A stretch of 64,000 nt of DNA from Chitinophagaceae bacterium (GCA_016715365.1 JADKAM010000012.1:34785-98784); one strand, 5' to 3'; positions 26,926 to 37,270 are shown, counted from the first letter of the stretch. Translations and numbers: made by a program. Notes: generated by a model from the letters alone, not told the origin.

Positions 26926-27924
26926 TTATTTCTTAACCGCTGCCACACCAAGTATCAGGCTTTCCAGGTTTTTTTCTTTGCAAAAAGTGTTACTTATTTT
27001 TTCAGAGGCATCTAAAAGCTGCTGTATGGTTTTATGACCTGGCCCGGCCAGTTTATATGCCTGAGCCAGGGCATCTTTTTCATTTATTTTAGAGGTCTGC
27101 AGCAGTGCTTCTTTTATCACTTCCACCTTCAGGCCGCTGTCTTTTAAATTGCCCAGTTCGGCAATGAGCCAGCTTAAAGCATAAAAGCGGTTTTTATCAA
27201 AAAGTAAAAAATGTTTTTGTTCCCCGGCATCAGGTAAAATATTATAGGGCGATGTTTTTACAGCCCTGGTTAAATATTTTGAAAGATATTTTGGCGTTGC
27301 CGTTTTAGGACTGCTTAACTGTATGCAGCCTCTTAAGGCCTGTGGGTAAATACTCAGCCATCGTATCATTCTTCTGAATTCATGCAGGTCGTTTTCTACA
27401 TTGGTGAATTGAAAATTCTTTTCATTGATAAACTCCAGTATTTTATTAATAGCAGTAACATAATATTGATGAATATTTTTTATCTCTTCTTTTTCATCCT
27501 GCCAATCAGCTTCTCCAAGTTTTTTTCTGATCTTTTCAATACGGTCAGCATTGTCGCCCAGCCAGTTGTTTTCATGCAGTATTTCATTCAGGCTCTGAAT
27601 TTTTTCACGGCTTTGAGCCTGCAGGTAATTTTTGATGCCCGCCGGTATTTTTTTATTGGTTACAAATTCTTTGGCAAAAGCATCGTAATAATCTATCTGG
27701 CCAATGGCATCTTCCAGCAGTTTAGTATGTTCCTTAATTTTGCTGAATTTCTTTTTATTGTGAATGCCTGCATACATTTTAGCCAAACCTTCCAGCATAA
27801 ATAACGGTGTACGGGCATTATTCTGGTACAACCATAGCCCCGGATTTTTTTGTTTGGAAGATTTTGCAATCAGTTCCTGTAATTGGTTCAGGTGGTATTC
27901 AAATCTTGCTTGTCCGTTTTTCAT
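26926..27924 (-). CDS. Helical hypothetical protein, CHAD-like
   Basis: DLHEFRRMIRWL resembles the CHAD LH..R...R motif; Lys/Arg-rich, all-helical composition. Confidence 0.5.
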   Translation of the reverse strand: MKNGQARFEYHLNQLQELIAKSSKQKNPGLWLYQNNARTPLFMLEGLAKMYAGIHNKKKFSKIKEHTKLLEDAIGQIDYYDAFAKEFVTNKKIPAGIKNYLQAQSREKIQSLNEILHENNWLGDNADRIEKIRKKLGEADWQDEKEEIKNIHQYYVTAINKILEFINEKNFQFTNVENDLHEFRRMIRWLSIYPQALRGCIQLSSPKTATPKYLSKYLTRAVKTSPYNILPDAGEQKHFLLFDKNRFYALSWLIAELGNLKDSGLKVEVIKEALLQTSKINEKDALAQAYKLAGPGHKTIQQLLDASEKISNTFCKEKNLESLILGVAAVKK

Positions 27925-27955
27925 TTTAATGTTTTTATTTTTTTCACTTAGATGG

Positions 27956-27999
27956 TTCCCCCATCCTGAGCTTAGCCGAAGGGCAGGGGGTTAGGGGGC
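27956..27999. repeat. Nested REP-like element (CCTGAGC..CGAAGG unit inside a CCCCC/AGGGGGTTAGGGGG hairpin)
   Basis: ttccccc-ATCCTGAGCTTAGCCGAAGGGC-agggggttagggggc. Confidence 0.65.
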
Positions 28000-29193
28000 T
28001 TAAGGCTTTTCAAAAAACGCCACATTTCCACCCACCCATTCTTTGTTTTTATTATAGCGTGTACCAATCATTTTCCCTTTGCTTAATCTTGCCAGGTTAT
28101 GTACACCAACCGGCCTGTCCCATTCTTTTTTCCAGAAATAAAACAAACGTATCTCCGCTTTGGCAGGCTCTTCGGGGGTTTCAATCACATCAGCGTATTT
28201 TACTTTCTTTTGCAGTATCCAGTTTTCGGGGTCTTTTACGGCCTCAATATCTTCGGGTGTGACATCAATTACTACGCCCATGCCGGCAAAAGAGAATAAA
28301 GGTTTTAACACATAATTCTCCAGGTCGGCAGGCATTTGTTTTAACTCGTTTAAAAAATAAGTTTGTGGTACGTAAGGGTTTTCTATAAAAGGTAAAGTGA
28401 ATTTACTGATGCGGTAAAACCAGTTTGGATGCGGTGCCCATTCCACATCATACGGTTTGGTAAGATCAACCACATCGCCCAGGTCTTCCTGCTTTTGCAG
28501 GTCATCAAAAATAACGCGGTTATAAATTCTTTTAATGGGTGTTTTCACGCCGTTGTTATCGTAAAATAATTTGTCACCTTCTGCAATTAATTTGGTAAGG
28601 CAAACCATTTTAATACCCAGCAATTGTTCGGTGCAATAAAAATCAATACGGGTCTTTTGTTTTTCCGGAAAAATTTCCAGCAGTATTACATTTTCAGGAT
28701 TAAGGTCGCCAACAATAATATCTTTCAGCAATTGAATGTATGTTTCTTTGGTATAACCATTTAAATAAGGAGAAAAATTATCGGGCAGTTCGGCATACTC
28801 GGCAGTTAACTCCGAATGAAATGCCTGGAAAGCATACAGCGTAGGGAATCCCTGCATCTCAATTAACTGAGGCTCCAGTTCTCCTGTTTCGTTTTCACAT
28901 ATACCAAAATCAAAAACCAGGAATTCGGTATGGCTGCTTTCGTTTGGCACTTTTACATTTTCGGGAATGCCACGATCGGTAAGTGCAATAAATTTCGGAT
29001 CAACAATCACATCAATAATATCTTCGCAGGCATGCAGCATTTTTGCTGTAAAATCTTTGGGAACAAATACCGGTGTTTCTGCATTTCTGAAATCAAGCGA
29101 ACCGGGGTACAGGTTTTCCATTTTTACCATATAGGCATCATATTTCTCTTTGGTAAAATTGGCGTTGAATTTTTTTCTTAATTCTTTTATCAT
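28000..29193 (-). CDS. Circularly permuted ATP-grasp-like ligase (glutathionylspermidine-synthase-like fold)
   Basis: DFGI...QLIEMQGFP, IYNRVIFDDL, YVLKPLFSFAGMGV, WILQKKV, EIRLF, in CP-ATP-grasp order. Confidence 0.6.
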   Translation of the reverse strand: MIKELRKKFNANFTKEKYDAYMVKMENLYPGSLDFRNAETPVFVPKDFTAKMLHACEDIIDVIVDPKFIALTDRGIPENVKVPNESSHTEFLVFDFGICENETGELEPQLIEMQGFPTLYAFQAFHSELTAEYAELPDNFSPYLNGYTKETYIQLLKDIIVGDLNPENVILLEIFPEKQKTRIDFYCTEQLLGIKMVCLTKLIAEGDKLFYDNNGVKTPIKRIYNRVIFDDLQKQEDLGDVVDLTKPYDVEWAPHPNWFYRISKFTLPFIENPYVPQTYFLNELKQMPADLENYVLKPLFSFAGMGVVIDVTPEDIEAVKDPENWILQKKVKYADVIETPEEPAKAEIRLFYFWKKEWDRPVGVHNLARLSKGKMIGTRYNKNKEWVGGNVAFFEKP

Positions 29194-29217
29194 GTTAAAT
29201 ACGGCTTTGATTTAAAA

Positions 29218-29313
29218 TTACACGAATAATACTAATTACACGAATTAGAGCATGTTAGAATATATATACACTGAAAATTCGTGTAATTAGCGTAATTCGC
29301 CAAATTTGTGTAA
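29218..29313. repeat. CACGAAT-type tandem inverted repeat hairpin
   Basis: ttacacgaataatactaattacacgaatt ... aattcgtgtaattagcgtaattcgccaaatttgtgtaa. Confidence 0.75.
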
Positions 29314-29321
29314 CTGAATTT

Positions 29322-30167
29322 CTAAACCTCCACCAGTTGCAGGTTATCTACGGCACGAAGTAAAAAATTGGGAAGTATATGGGTGTAGGTCCACATAATT
29401 TTTTCCGGATCGTTTAAATGTTCGATCATAGATTGCCATTTTTCCAGGCCATAATTTTCAACCACTGTCTTTTTCTTTTCTTCAGTCTGCAGGTGCAGGC
29501 TCATGCCAATAGCATCTGCTTCGGGGTGAAACTGGGTGCCAATCATATTCTCGTTAAACCTGATCGCCATTACGGCTCTTTCAAGCGGAATATGCGGCCT
29601 TTCTTTTTCAATGGCTAAAATAGAAGCACCCATTTGGTGCAGTTTATTGTGATTGGGCTCGGTAACCTGGTAATCACGGCTGTCAACAGCGTAAAAAGGA
29701 TCTTTTAAACCATCAAAGATCAGTTCGTCTTTTCCATCAATTAAAAGATGCATGGGGAATATGCCAAACGCCGTACTTTTTCTTTTGCCCACTTTGGCGA
29801 TATGATAATGCCTGCATATTAACTGGAAGGAATGGCAGATGAAAAACACCTGCTTTTTTTGAACGTTGCCTTCGTTATTATTCCAGTGTTCTACTTTATC
29901 CAGCCAGTTAAAATAAACTTTTTCCCATTCGTTGCCTTCGCTTTCCAACGGGCTGCCGGGGCCGCCGGTAGAGATATAAATATCGTAACTGAGATCGGGA
30001 ACCTGTTTTTCCAAACGTACTTCAAATTCATCCCAGGTTAAATCAAGGTGATTGGCTTCTCCAAACTGGTTAAGGATCTCACGGATACAACGCATGCCCT
30101 GGTTGGCAAAGCCCTCATACATATCCAATATCGCTATACGGATGGATTTCTTTTCTGTCCAGTTCAT
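29322..30167 (-). CDS. Class I glutamine amidotransferase-like protein
   Basis: ISTGGPGSP, FFICHSFQL (nucleophile Cys), TQFHPEAD (His-Glu). ATG at 30167. Confidence 0.88.
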   Translation of the reverse strand: MNWTEKKSIRIAILDMYEGFANQGMRCIREILNQFGEANHLDLTWDEFEVRLEKQVPDLSYDIYISTGGPGSPLESEGNEWEKVYFNWLDKVEHWNNNEGNVQKKQVFFICHSFQLICRHYHIAKVGKRKSTAFGIFPMHLLIDGKDELIFDGLKDPFYAVDSRDYQVTEPNHNKLHQMGASILAIEKERPHIPLERAVMAIRFNENMIGTQFHPEADAIGMSLHLQTEEKKKTVVENYGLEKWQSMIEHLNDPEKIMWTYTHILPNFLLRAVDNLQLVEV

Positions 30168-30359
30168 ATACAAACATACCATTTTTTTAAGAGCAGATCT
30201 TTTACGCAATCCTCATTATTTATTAACGGTTGTGGATTAAAATAATTTTAATAAGATGGCTATCAGTAATAAAGTGATATTATTCTTTATCCACTATGAC
30301 CAAACTCATGGATTTCGCCTGATTTAATGACAAACTTGTGTACCGGTAAATAAATTAGA

Positions 30360-31937
30360 ATGGAACAGAACTATAACGAAACAAAGCCTGTTCAAAAATT
30401 GTTTAATTATTGCACAGACTGTAAGCCCAAACCTGGCTCGCCGGAAGAACTGGAGGCATTTGCTAACATTCAGTTGGGTTTGTGTAATCAGTTTGAATTA
30501 TTTTTTCCGGATAACCTGGCTTCTAAAACGATTGTAGTCATTCCAAGCCTGTCGCTCGACCAGGAAGTGCTGGCCAAGGTTAAAGGATCACTGCATTACG
30601 AAGAAAGATTACTTTGTTTGCTGATGTTGCTGCGCATGCCCCGGGCCAATGTGATCTATGTCAGCAGTATGCCCATAGATCCGGTTATTATTGATTATTA
30701 CCTGCACCTGTTGCCGGGTATAACCGGTTATCATGCATGGCAAAGGTTAACGTTAATCTCCTGTTATGATGCTTCGCCCGTTCCACTCACCAAAAAAATT
30801 TTACAAAGGCCCCGGCTTATTCAAAGAATTAAGCAGGCTATACCTCCGGGTAATGTGGCACATATTGCCTGTTTTAATACCACACCTTTAGAGCGTACTT
30901 TGTCTGTACAACTTGACATTCCAATTTATGGTTGCGATCCTTCACTGGTTTACCTGGGTACCAAAAGCGGCAGCCGCCGAACTTTTATGAAAGCAGGAGT
31001 ACCTGTTCCAACCGGTGCCGAAAATTTAACGGGGTATGATGATATTTTACATGCCATTGTTGCTTTAAAAGACATGCATCCGGAGATTAAAAAAGCGGTA
31101 GTTAAATTAAATGATGGTTTTTCCGGTGAAGGAAATGCTGTAATGCAATATCCCGGGGAGCTTTGCGGCAGGGAACTGGAGGATTGGCTGAAAGATAACC
31201 TGATTAAAATACTGAAACCCGTTTCACCGGATATAAGCGTAGATATGTTTCTTGAAAAATTTATTTTGATGGAAGGTATTGTAGAGGCTTATGTAGAAGG
31301 GAAAGAAAAAACTTCGCCATCGGTGCAATGCCGTATTAACCCCATGGGTGATATTGATATTATTTCAACGCACGACCAGGTTTTAAGCGGGGAAGACGGA
31401 CAGGTTTTTGAGGGTGCTCATTTTCCGGCAGATGAAGAATACCGAACCACCATTGCACAGATGACCCGGTGTGTAGCAGAAGTTTTAAAGCAGGAAGGAG
31501 TGGTTGGCCGCTTTGGTGTTGATTTTATTTCGGTAAAGGAAAACAACGAATGGACACACCAGGCTATTGAAATTAACCTGCGTAAAGGCGGAACTACACA
31601 TCCGTTTTTAATGCTGCAGTTTTTAACCAACGGGCATTACAATGAAGCAACGGGTATTTTTGAAACCCCTAACGGGCAACAGTTGTATTATTTTGCATCA
31701 GATAATGTGCAGAGCAATGCCTACAAGGGTTTAACACCACAAGACCTGATTGATATTGCCATGTTTCATGGACTGCATTTTGACGGGGCTACACAAAAAG
31801 GAGTTATGTTTCACATGATCAGCGCCTTATCACAGTATGGAAAAATGGGCATTGTCTGTATCGGTTCCTCAAGAGCCGAAGCATATGCATACTACCTGAA
31901 AACCATAGCCGTGCTGGATGCTGAAACGGAAGAATAG
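30360..31937 (+). CDS. PGM1-related ATP-grasp peptide ligase
   Basis: VVIPSLSLD..HYEERLL pre-grasp region, VVKLNDGFSGEGNA, SPSVQ, STHDQVL, FGVDF, AIEINLRKGGTTHP. Confidence 0.82.
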   Translation: MEQNYNETKPVQKLFNYCTDCKPKPGSPEELEAFANIQLGLCNQFELFFPDNLASKTIVVIPSLSLDQEVLAKVKGSLHYEERLLCLLMLLRMPRANVIYVSSMPIDPVIIDYYLHLLPGITGYHAWQRLTLISCYDASPVPLTKKILQRPRLIQRIKQAIPPGNVAHIACFNTTPLERTLSVQLDIPIYGCDPSLVYLGTKSGSRRTFMKAGVPVPTGAENLTGYDDILHAIVALKDMHPEIKKAVVKLNDGFSGEGNAVMQYPGELCGRELEDWLKDNLIKILKPVSPDISVDMFLEKFILMEGIVEAYVEGKEKTSPSVQCRINPMGDIDIISTHDQVLSGEDGQVFEGAHFPADEEYRTTIAQMTRCVAEVLKQEGVVGRFGVDFISVKENNEWTHQAIEINLRKGGTTHPFLMLQFLTNGHYNEATGIFETPNGQQLYYFASDNVQSNAYKGLTPQDLIDIAMFHGLHFDGATQKGVMFHMISALSQYGKMGIVCIGSSRAEAYAYYLKTIAVLDAETEE

Positions 31938-32023
31938 AAAATTAAAAAAGCCAAAATTAAAGAAGTCAAAAAAAACAGTACTTGCCGATGCTGCTTTTGG
32001 ATTTTTTAATTTTGACTTTGCTT

Positions 32024-34501
32024 TTATCTTAATAAAATCACTGTTCCTTTCATTTCCACCACGCTTCCGTTCTTATCAATGCCCTTTATCATCCACACAT
32101 AAGTGCCCGATGAAGCCGGTTTACCTTTTAAGGTTCCATCCCAGCCCTTCATCCATGCTCTAGTCTGGTACATCAATGAACCAAAGCGGTCAAACACCCG
32201 AAAATATTCTGTACTGCTGATGCCTACCGGCGTAGGGAAGAATACATCATTCAAACCATCGCCGTTGGGTGTAAAGGCATTGGGTAAATAATAAGTCGGC
32301 CCTTCGTAGGCTTTTACAAATATGGTATCTTCATCGGTACAGCCAATGGCATCGGTAATGTGTACGTAAAAATAGGTATCGTTATAAATGATTGCCTGCG
32401 GGTTTGCAATAAAAGGATTATTCAAAGGCCCTGCAGGACTCCAGACAAAATCAGTTGCGTTGCGGCCGGTACCCAGTAACTGGTGCTGCCTGCCCAGTAT
32501 GGCATTGGTATCATTGCCTGCAAATGCCACCAGTTGGGGCTGCATGGTTACAATCACACTGTCGGTTACAGAAAAATTACAGCCGTAATTATCAGTTACT
32601 GTTAAGGTAAACTGCCGGGTGGTATCTAACCTTACTCCCGTTACTGCAGTATTGGGGCTGGTTAATGAATCCGGCGGGCTCCAGGCAAAATTTACGGTGC
32701 CCGATAAATTGGTTGCGCTGCCAAACAGTGTAGCGTTTGTTTTGTAGCAAACGGTCGTATCCCTGCCGGCATTAGCAATTGGTTTATGTAAAACATTTAT
32801 TGTTATGGAGTCGTTTCTGGTACAAAGCCCCCATTTGGCAATGAGATAATATTTTGTGGTGTCGGTTGGTGTGGCAATGGGTGTTCTTACGGTATCAAAA
32901 TTTAAAGTGGCCCGGGGTGTCCATTTAAAAGTATCGGTTAATGCATTGGTTTGTGGAATTAATGTGATGCCGGTTCCAAAACAAATGGTGCTGTCGGCGC
33001 CAAGTTCAAGGCGCATGGTATCAATTAAAGCGATGGTTCCAGATAAAGATGCCATACAGCCATAAGCATCCCGAACTATAAGGTTATTATAAGTTCCTAC
33101 AGATAAGTTCAAAAACTGATTTGCAGGCTGATAAGTAACACCATTATCTTTTGAATATTCATAACCAGGGTTTCCCCCTGCGGCGGCAATTTCAATAATT
33201 CCATCGTTGTTTGCACATGACGCATCAGTGATTATTGAAGCTGCTGTAATTGACAAAGATTGATAAACTGTAACTGATGTAAAGCCTCCACACAAAGATG
33301 CTACAACCCTTGCATTAACAGTATAATTGCCGGCCAAAACATTAAATACAGGAGATAACTGCCAGGTAGTTCCTCCATCAATTGAATATTCTATGTTAGG
33401 AGCTACAGGAGATGTAACCGTTATTTTTCCCAGGCCGCCGTTGCAACGGGCACTGTCAATGGTTGTAAGAATTGGATTGAGTGTTTTACGAACGATCATA
33501 GTATCTGACCCTTCTGTTTGTATAGCCGGATTATCACACTGCCGGTAAAAAGCCCTTACCACATAACTCATACTGTCTTCAGATTGACAAACCGGCGAAA
33601 AAGTGGCTTCCAGTTCTCCATTACCCAACGCAACAGTAGTACCGGTTGCCATCCATGCCCCGTTTTTATAAAGTGCCACACTATCTAAAAGGGATGTTGT
33701 ACCGCTCGGTACAAAACGCCAGCCTTCGTTTGAAGCATTCCATACCGCATTGTTTCTGCCGGGTACAGCTCTTGCCAGGTCCTGATTCCAGTTTTGTATG
33801 CCCATGATTGCACGCCCGTTATTGGTACTGGTACCGCAGGCAAATGGTTTATCCCTGAGGAACATATCAATGATCCCGGTTCCTTCATACAAAACAATTT
33901 GCTGTGTAACCAGTTCGGCAGGGCAGTCATAGTAGGGAACTTTATGAAAATTTAAAACGAATTTTCTGCACGGTGCAGTGCCCACAATAATGTATTCCAT
34001 TTTCCTGTCGGGCTGTTGCGGAGAAGTGGTAGCCGGATTCGGGTCAATATCGTGAAAGGGCCCCATAATGGTGGCCCTGGGGTAGGTTGCATTTGGTATT
34101 GGAACACCGGCATTGATTACATAATCATTAAAACCACCCTGCAGTGATACATCAAAAGAAATAACCCCATTGGTACCTACTACCAGCGAATTATAATTGG
34201 CACCGTAATAACAAAAAGTAAAAGGTAAAGTTATAATGGGAGAAAATTGATCATCCTGGTATGAAGGATCAACCAAAATTCCGCCAGGGTTTGTAAAAGG
34301 GAATGGCTGATAAGGTATTGATACAACCTGGTAATCATCAGTAGTTCTCACATCCGGTATTCTTGCTTTTAAATCGAGGCAGGTTTGCAGGCATGAAATA
34401 GTGGTATCATTTCCGGCTGCCACACTAAAGCAGGACTGGGATTTTGCTGAATGGGTGAAAAGAAAAAATGCGAGTAAGCTAAACAGTAAAATTTTCTTCA
34501 T
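32024..34501 (-). CDS. T9SS type-B cargo (gliding motility-associated C-terminal domain) with SprB-like repeats
   Basis: Signal peptide, repeated TDASC...GG.P.YEYS units, CTD YLPNAFTPNGDGLND...WDG...GTVILLR. Confidence 0.9.
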   Translation of the reverse strand: MKKILLFSLLAFFLFTHSAKSQSCFSVAAGNDTTISCLQTCLDLKARIPDVRTTDDYQVVSIPYQPFPFTNPGGILVDPSYQDDQFSPIITLPFTFCYYGANYNSLVVGTNGVISFDVSLQGGFNDYVINAGVPIPNATYPRATIMGPFHDIDPNPATTSPQQPDRKMEYIIVGTAPCRKFVLNFHKVPYYDCPAELVTQQIVLYEGTGIIDMFLRDKPFACGTSTNNGRAIMGIQNWNQDLARAVPGRNNAVWNASNEGWRFVPSGTTSLLDSVALYKNGAWMATGTTVALGNGELEATFSPVCQSEDSMSYVVRAFYRQCDNPAIQTEGSDTMIVRKTLNPILTTIDSARCNGGLGKITVTSPVAPNIEYSIDGGTTWQLSPVFNVLAGNYTVNARVVASLCGGFTSVTVYQSLSITAASIITDASCANNDGIIEIAAAGGNPGYEYSKDNGVTYQPANQFLNLSVGTYNNLIVRDAYGCMASLSGTIALIDTMRLELGADSTICFGTGITLIPQTNALTDTFKWTPRATLNFDTVRTPIATPTDTTKYYLIAKWGLCTRNDSITINVLHKPIANAGRDTTVCYKTNATLFGSATNLSGTVNFAWSPPDSLTSPNTAVTGVRLDTTRQFTLTVTDNYGCNFSVTDSVIVTMQPQLVAFAGNDTNAILGRQHQLLGTGRNATDFVWSPAGPLNNPFIANPQAIIYNDTYFYVHITDAIGCTDEDTIFVKAYEGPTYYLPNAFTPNGDGLNDVFFPTPVGISSTEYFRVFDRFGSLMYQTRAWMKGWDGTLKGKPASSGTYVWMIKGIDKNGSVVEMKGTVILLR

Positions 34502-34597
34502 TGCAGTATAATTGGCAGTATTTTGTGCTCTCAAGATAATTAAAATCTTTCAAACGCAGACTGCACCTGCAAAGAGGTTACTAACATAACCTGTATA

Positions 34598-36529
34598 TTA
34601 AAATTTCCATCTCACAAAAGCCTCCATGGCAGCGTATTGTGTAAGTCCAAGGCGGGCATACAATTTTGCTGTATTTGCATTGCGTTCTTCGGCACGCTGC
34701 CAGAACTCACGGTCATCGCTGCCCTGGAAAGGCACACTGTCTTTTTGCGATTGGTGTATAAAAATACCATGGCGTTTTTTTACCACCTGGTCGGGGCTCA
34801 TGGGTATGGCCATTTCAATTTCGGTAATATCCCATTCCTGCCAGGCACCTTTGTACAGCCAGAGCCAGCAGTCGGAGATCCAGTGAGTCGTGAGTTGTGA
34901 GTCGTGCGTGGCTTTAATCCGTTTCAGCGCCTCTATCACCACATCAAAACAAACTTTGTGTGTGCCATGCGGATCGGCAAAATCGCCGGCACAATAAATC
35001 TGATGTGGTTTTATTTCATTCAACAGATCAATGGTTTTCTGTACATCCGCTTCACCCATCGGATTTTTTTCAATGGTGCCGGTTTCATAAAAAGGCAGGT
35101 TCATAAAATGTATCTGCTCATTTTTCAACCCAACATATTTGCAGGTGGCTTTGGCTTCGCATCTTCTTATCAATCCTTTAATGGCACGTATGGCTTCAGT
35201 GTCTTTTTCACTGCTTGTTTTTATTTTTAAAAAAGCGGTGGCTTCATCCAGTATATTTTTACTCTTGGTTTCATCTATGTCAAACATACTTTCGAAACCT
35301 ACAGCAAAGTCAATAAAGCGGGTTACAAACTCATCGGTAACAGCAATATTGCCACTGGTCTGGTAAGCCACATGTACATCATGTCCCTGGTCGTGCAGGC
35401 GCATGAAAGTGCCGCCCATGCTGATGATATCGTCATCGGGGTGAGGGGAGAAGAGTACCACTTTTTTTGGGAACGGTTCATTTCGTTCGGGATGATTGGT
35501 GCGGTATTCAGATACTTTTCCGCCCGGCCATCCGGTAATACTGTCTCTTAATAAATAATAAACCTGCAGGTTAATTTCGTAAGCATCGCCTTTTTCTACC
35601 AGCAGGTCGCTGAGGCCATTATCGTTGTAATCGATATTAGTTAAACTTAAAACGGGCTTATTCAGTTTCATTGCCAGGTTTACCACGGCACGTTTTATCA
35701 TCGTGTTGGTCCACTCGCATTCGCCTGTAAGCCAAGGACTCTTAATGCGGGTTAATTCGCTGGCACATGTCTCGTCAATTACAAACATGCAGTCATCATG
35801 ATTCTGCAAAAGCGAAGCAGGCAGATCTTCGGTATCAATATCTTCTACTGCTTTTTTAATTACCGGGGCCTTCGTTTGGCCCCAGGCCATTAAAATTATT
35901 TTTTTAGATTTTAAGATGGTGTTGATGCCCATGGTAATGGCCATACGTGGTACCTGCGTCATATTACCAAACTCGTAGGCATTGGCAATGCGGGTGCTGT
36001 TGTCTAAACTGATCAACCTTGTTTTTGAGTTGATACTGCTGCCTGGTTCGTTAAAACCAATGTGGCCATTAACACCAATGCCCAGTATCTGCATGTCAAG
36101 TCCGCCTGCATCTTCAATTTGTTTTTCGTAACTGATGCAATGCTCTTTCACTTTGTCTTTTGGTATCATGCCATCGGGCAGGTGATAATTGTTGGGATCA
36201 ATATCGGTTTGCTCAAATAAATTCTTGCGCATAAAATAATGATAACTCTGCAGCGCATCTTTATTCATGGGGTAATACTGATCAAGGTTGAATGTGATGA
36301 CGTTTTTAAAACTCAACCCTTCTTCTTTATGCATACGCACCAGCTCGGCATATAATGTTTTGGGCGATGAACCGGTTGCCAGGCCAATGACAGGCTTTTT
36401 ACCTTCAGCTTCTTTTTCTTTGATGAGTGCTGCAATTTCTTTTGCAACAAAGGCAGAGCCAGAGCCGGAGTCGGGAAATATTTTTACCGGAATTTTTTCT
36501 AAAGAATCGGTGAGGTCTATTTTAGTCAT
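34598..36529 (-). CDS. nagB: Glucosamine-6-phosphate deaminase (long form with PIG-L/LmbE-like C-terminal domain)
   Basis: GLATGSSP, FNLDQYYP, GIGVNGHIGFNEPGS, SPHPDDDIISMGGT, DPHGTH. Confidence 0.96.
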   Translation of the reverse strand: MTKIDLTDSLEKIPVKIFPDSGSGSAFVAKEIAALIKEKEAEGKKPVIGLATGSSPKTLYAELVRMHKEEGLSFKNVITFNLDQYYPMNKDALQSYHYFMRKNLFEQTDIDPNNYHLPDGMIPKDKVKEHCISYEKQIEDAGGLDMQILGIGVNGHIGFNEPGSSINSKTRLISLDNSTRIANAYEFGNMTQVPRMAITMGINTILKSKKIILMAWGQTKAPVIKKAVEDIDTEDLPASLLQNHDDCMFVIDETCASELTRIKSPWLTGECEWTNTMIKRAVVNLAMKLNKPVLSLTNIDYNDNGLSDLLVEKGDAYEINLQVYYLLRDSITGWPGGKVSEYRTNHPERNEPFPKKVVLFSPHPDDDIISMGGTFMRLHDQGHDVHVAYQTSGNIAVTDEFVTRFIDFAVGFESMFDIDETKSKNILDEATAFLKIKTSSEKDTEAIRAIKGLIRRCEAKATCKYVGLKNEQIHFMNLPFYETGTIEKNPMGEADVQKTIDLLNEIKPHQIYCAGDFADPHGTHKVCFDVVIEALKRIKATHDSQLTTHWISDCWLWLYKGAWQEWDITEIEMAIPMSPDQVVKKRHGIFIHQSQKDSVPFQGSDDREFWQRAEERNANTAKLYARLGLTQYAAMEAFVRWKF

Positions 36530-36543
36530 AATAGTTGGTTGCG

Positions 36544-36636
36544 GGTGTCAGGCCACTACGAAAAGTGCCTGCTTAAAATAATATCAGCATAACAAAGAAT
36601 CTATAACAGCATAACTGATTGTAGTGGCCAGACACC
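36544..36636. repeat. REP doublet (REPIN-like) downstream of the RAYT gene
   Basis: GGTGTCAGGCCACTAC (36544-36559) and its inverse GTAGTGGCCAGACACC (36621-36636), one mismatch. Confidence 0.85.
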
Positions 36637-36652
36637 TATTAGAACCACTAAG

Positions 36653-37270
36653 TTAAAATATTCTCTCAATTATATCGTCGTTTAGTTCGCTTATATAATC
36701 TTTTTTAAAATCAATTTCAGATAATTCCAACAACTTTATCGCCAACGATTTATTACAAATTGTTCCTTTTCTCTCATTATAAAAATCTGGATAAGAAGAA
36801 TAGGGCCATTCCGCCAAATGGTTTACCAACTTTGCTTTTAAAGGATTTTGGTGTAGATAATGAAAACAGGTTAACAAATACTCACAGGTTGATAAATTTT
36901 CAATCAGGCTATTGGAGCCTGTTAATAATTTTGCTTTGGTTTTCTTTTGAAAAAGATTGCCGGTTGCTTTGTTTTGGATGTTGACTGCTTTGGTATACGA
37001 GCTTAAGGTTTTGCCAATTGTTTTAGAGAGATTTTGCATGTACGTTTCTTTATTGGCTAAAACTATGTTTTTGCAACCTTCCTCATTTGGTACCAGCATA
37101 ACATGAAAATGATTGGGCATTAGACAATAGCACAGAACATCTGCATATTTTTTCCATTCGGTTTTTATTTTTTGCAGGAAATAAAGATAATTCGCATCAT
37201 TGAAAAAGATGGGTTGCTTATTATTGCCACGATTGTAAACATGATAGATTTGATTGGGTCCGAAATGCAT
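36653..37270 (-). mobile_element. REP-associated tyrosine transposase (RAYT, Y1 HUH family)
   Basis: YHVYNRGNNK, CLMPNHFH (HUH), NLFQ, YLHQNP (catalytic Tyr), WPYSSY. Flanked by REP doublets; no tnpB. TAAATTTG promoter box at 37288-37295. Confidence 0.9.

Noticed and set aside
36653-37270. IS200/IS605 insertion sequence
   Set aside because: No tnpB, longer than IS200 TnpA, with RAYT-type motifs and REP doublets on both sides.
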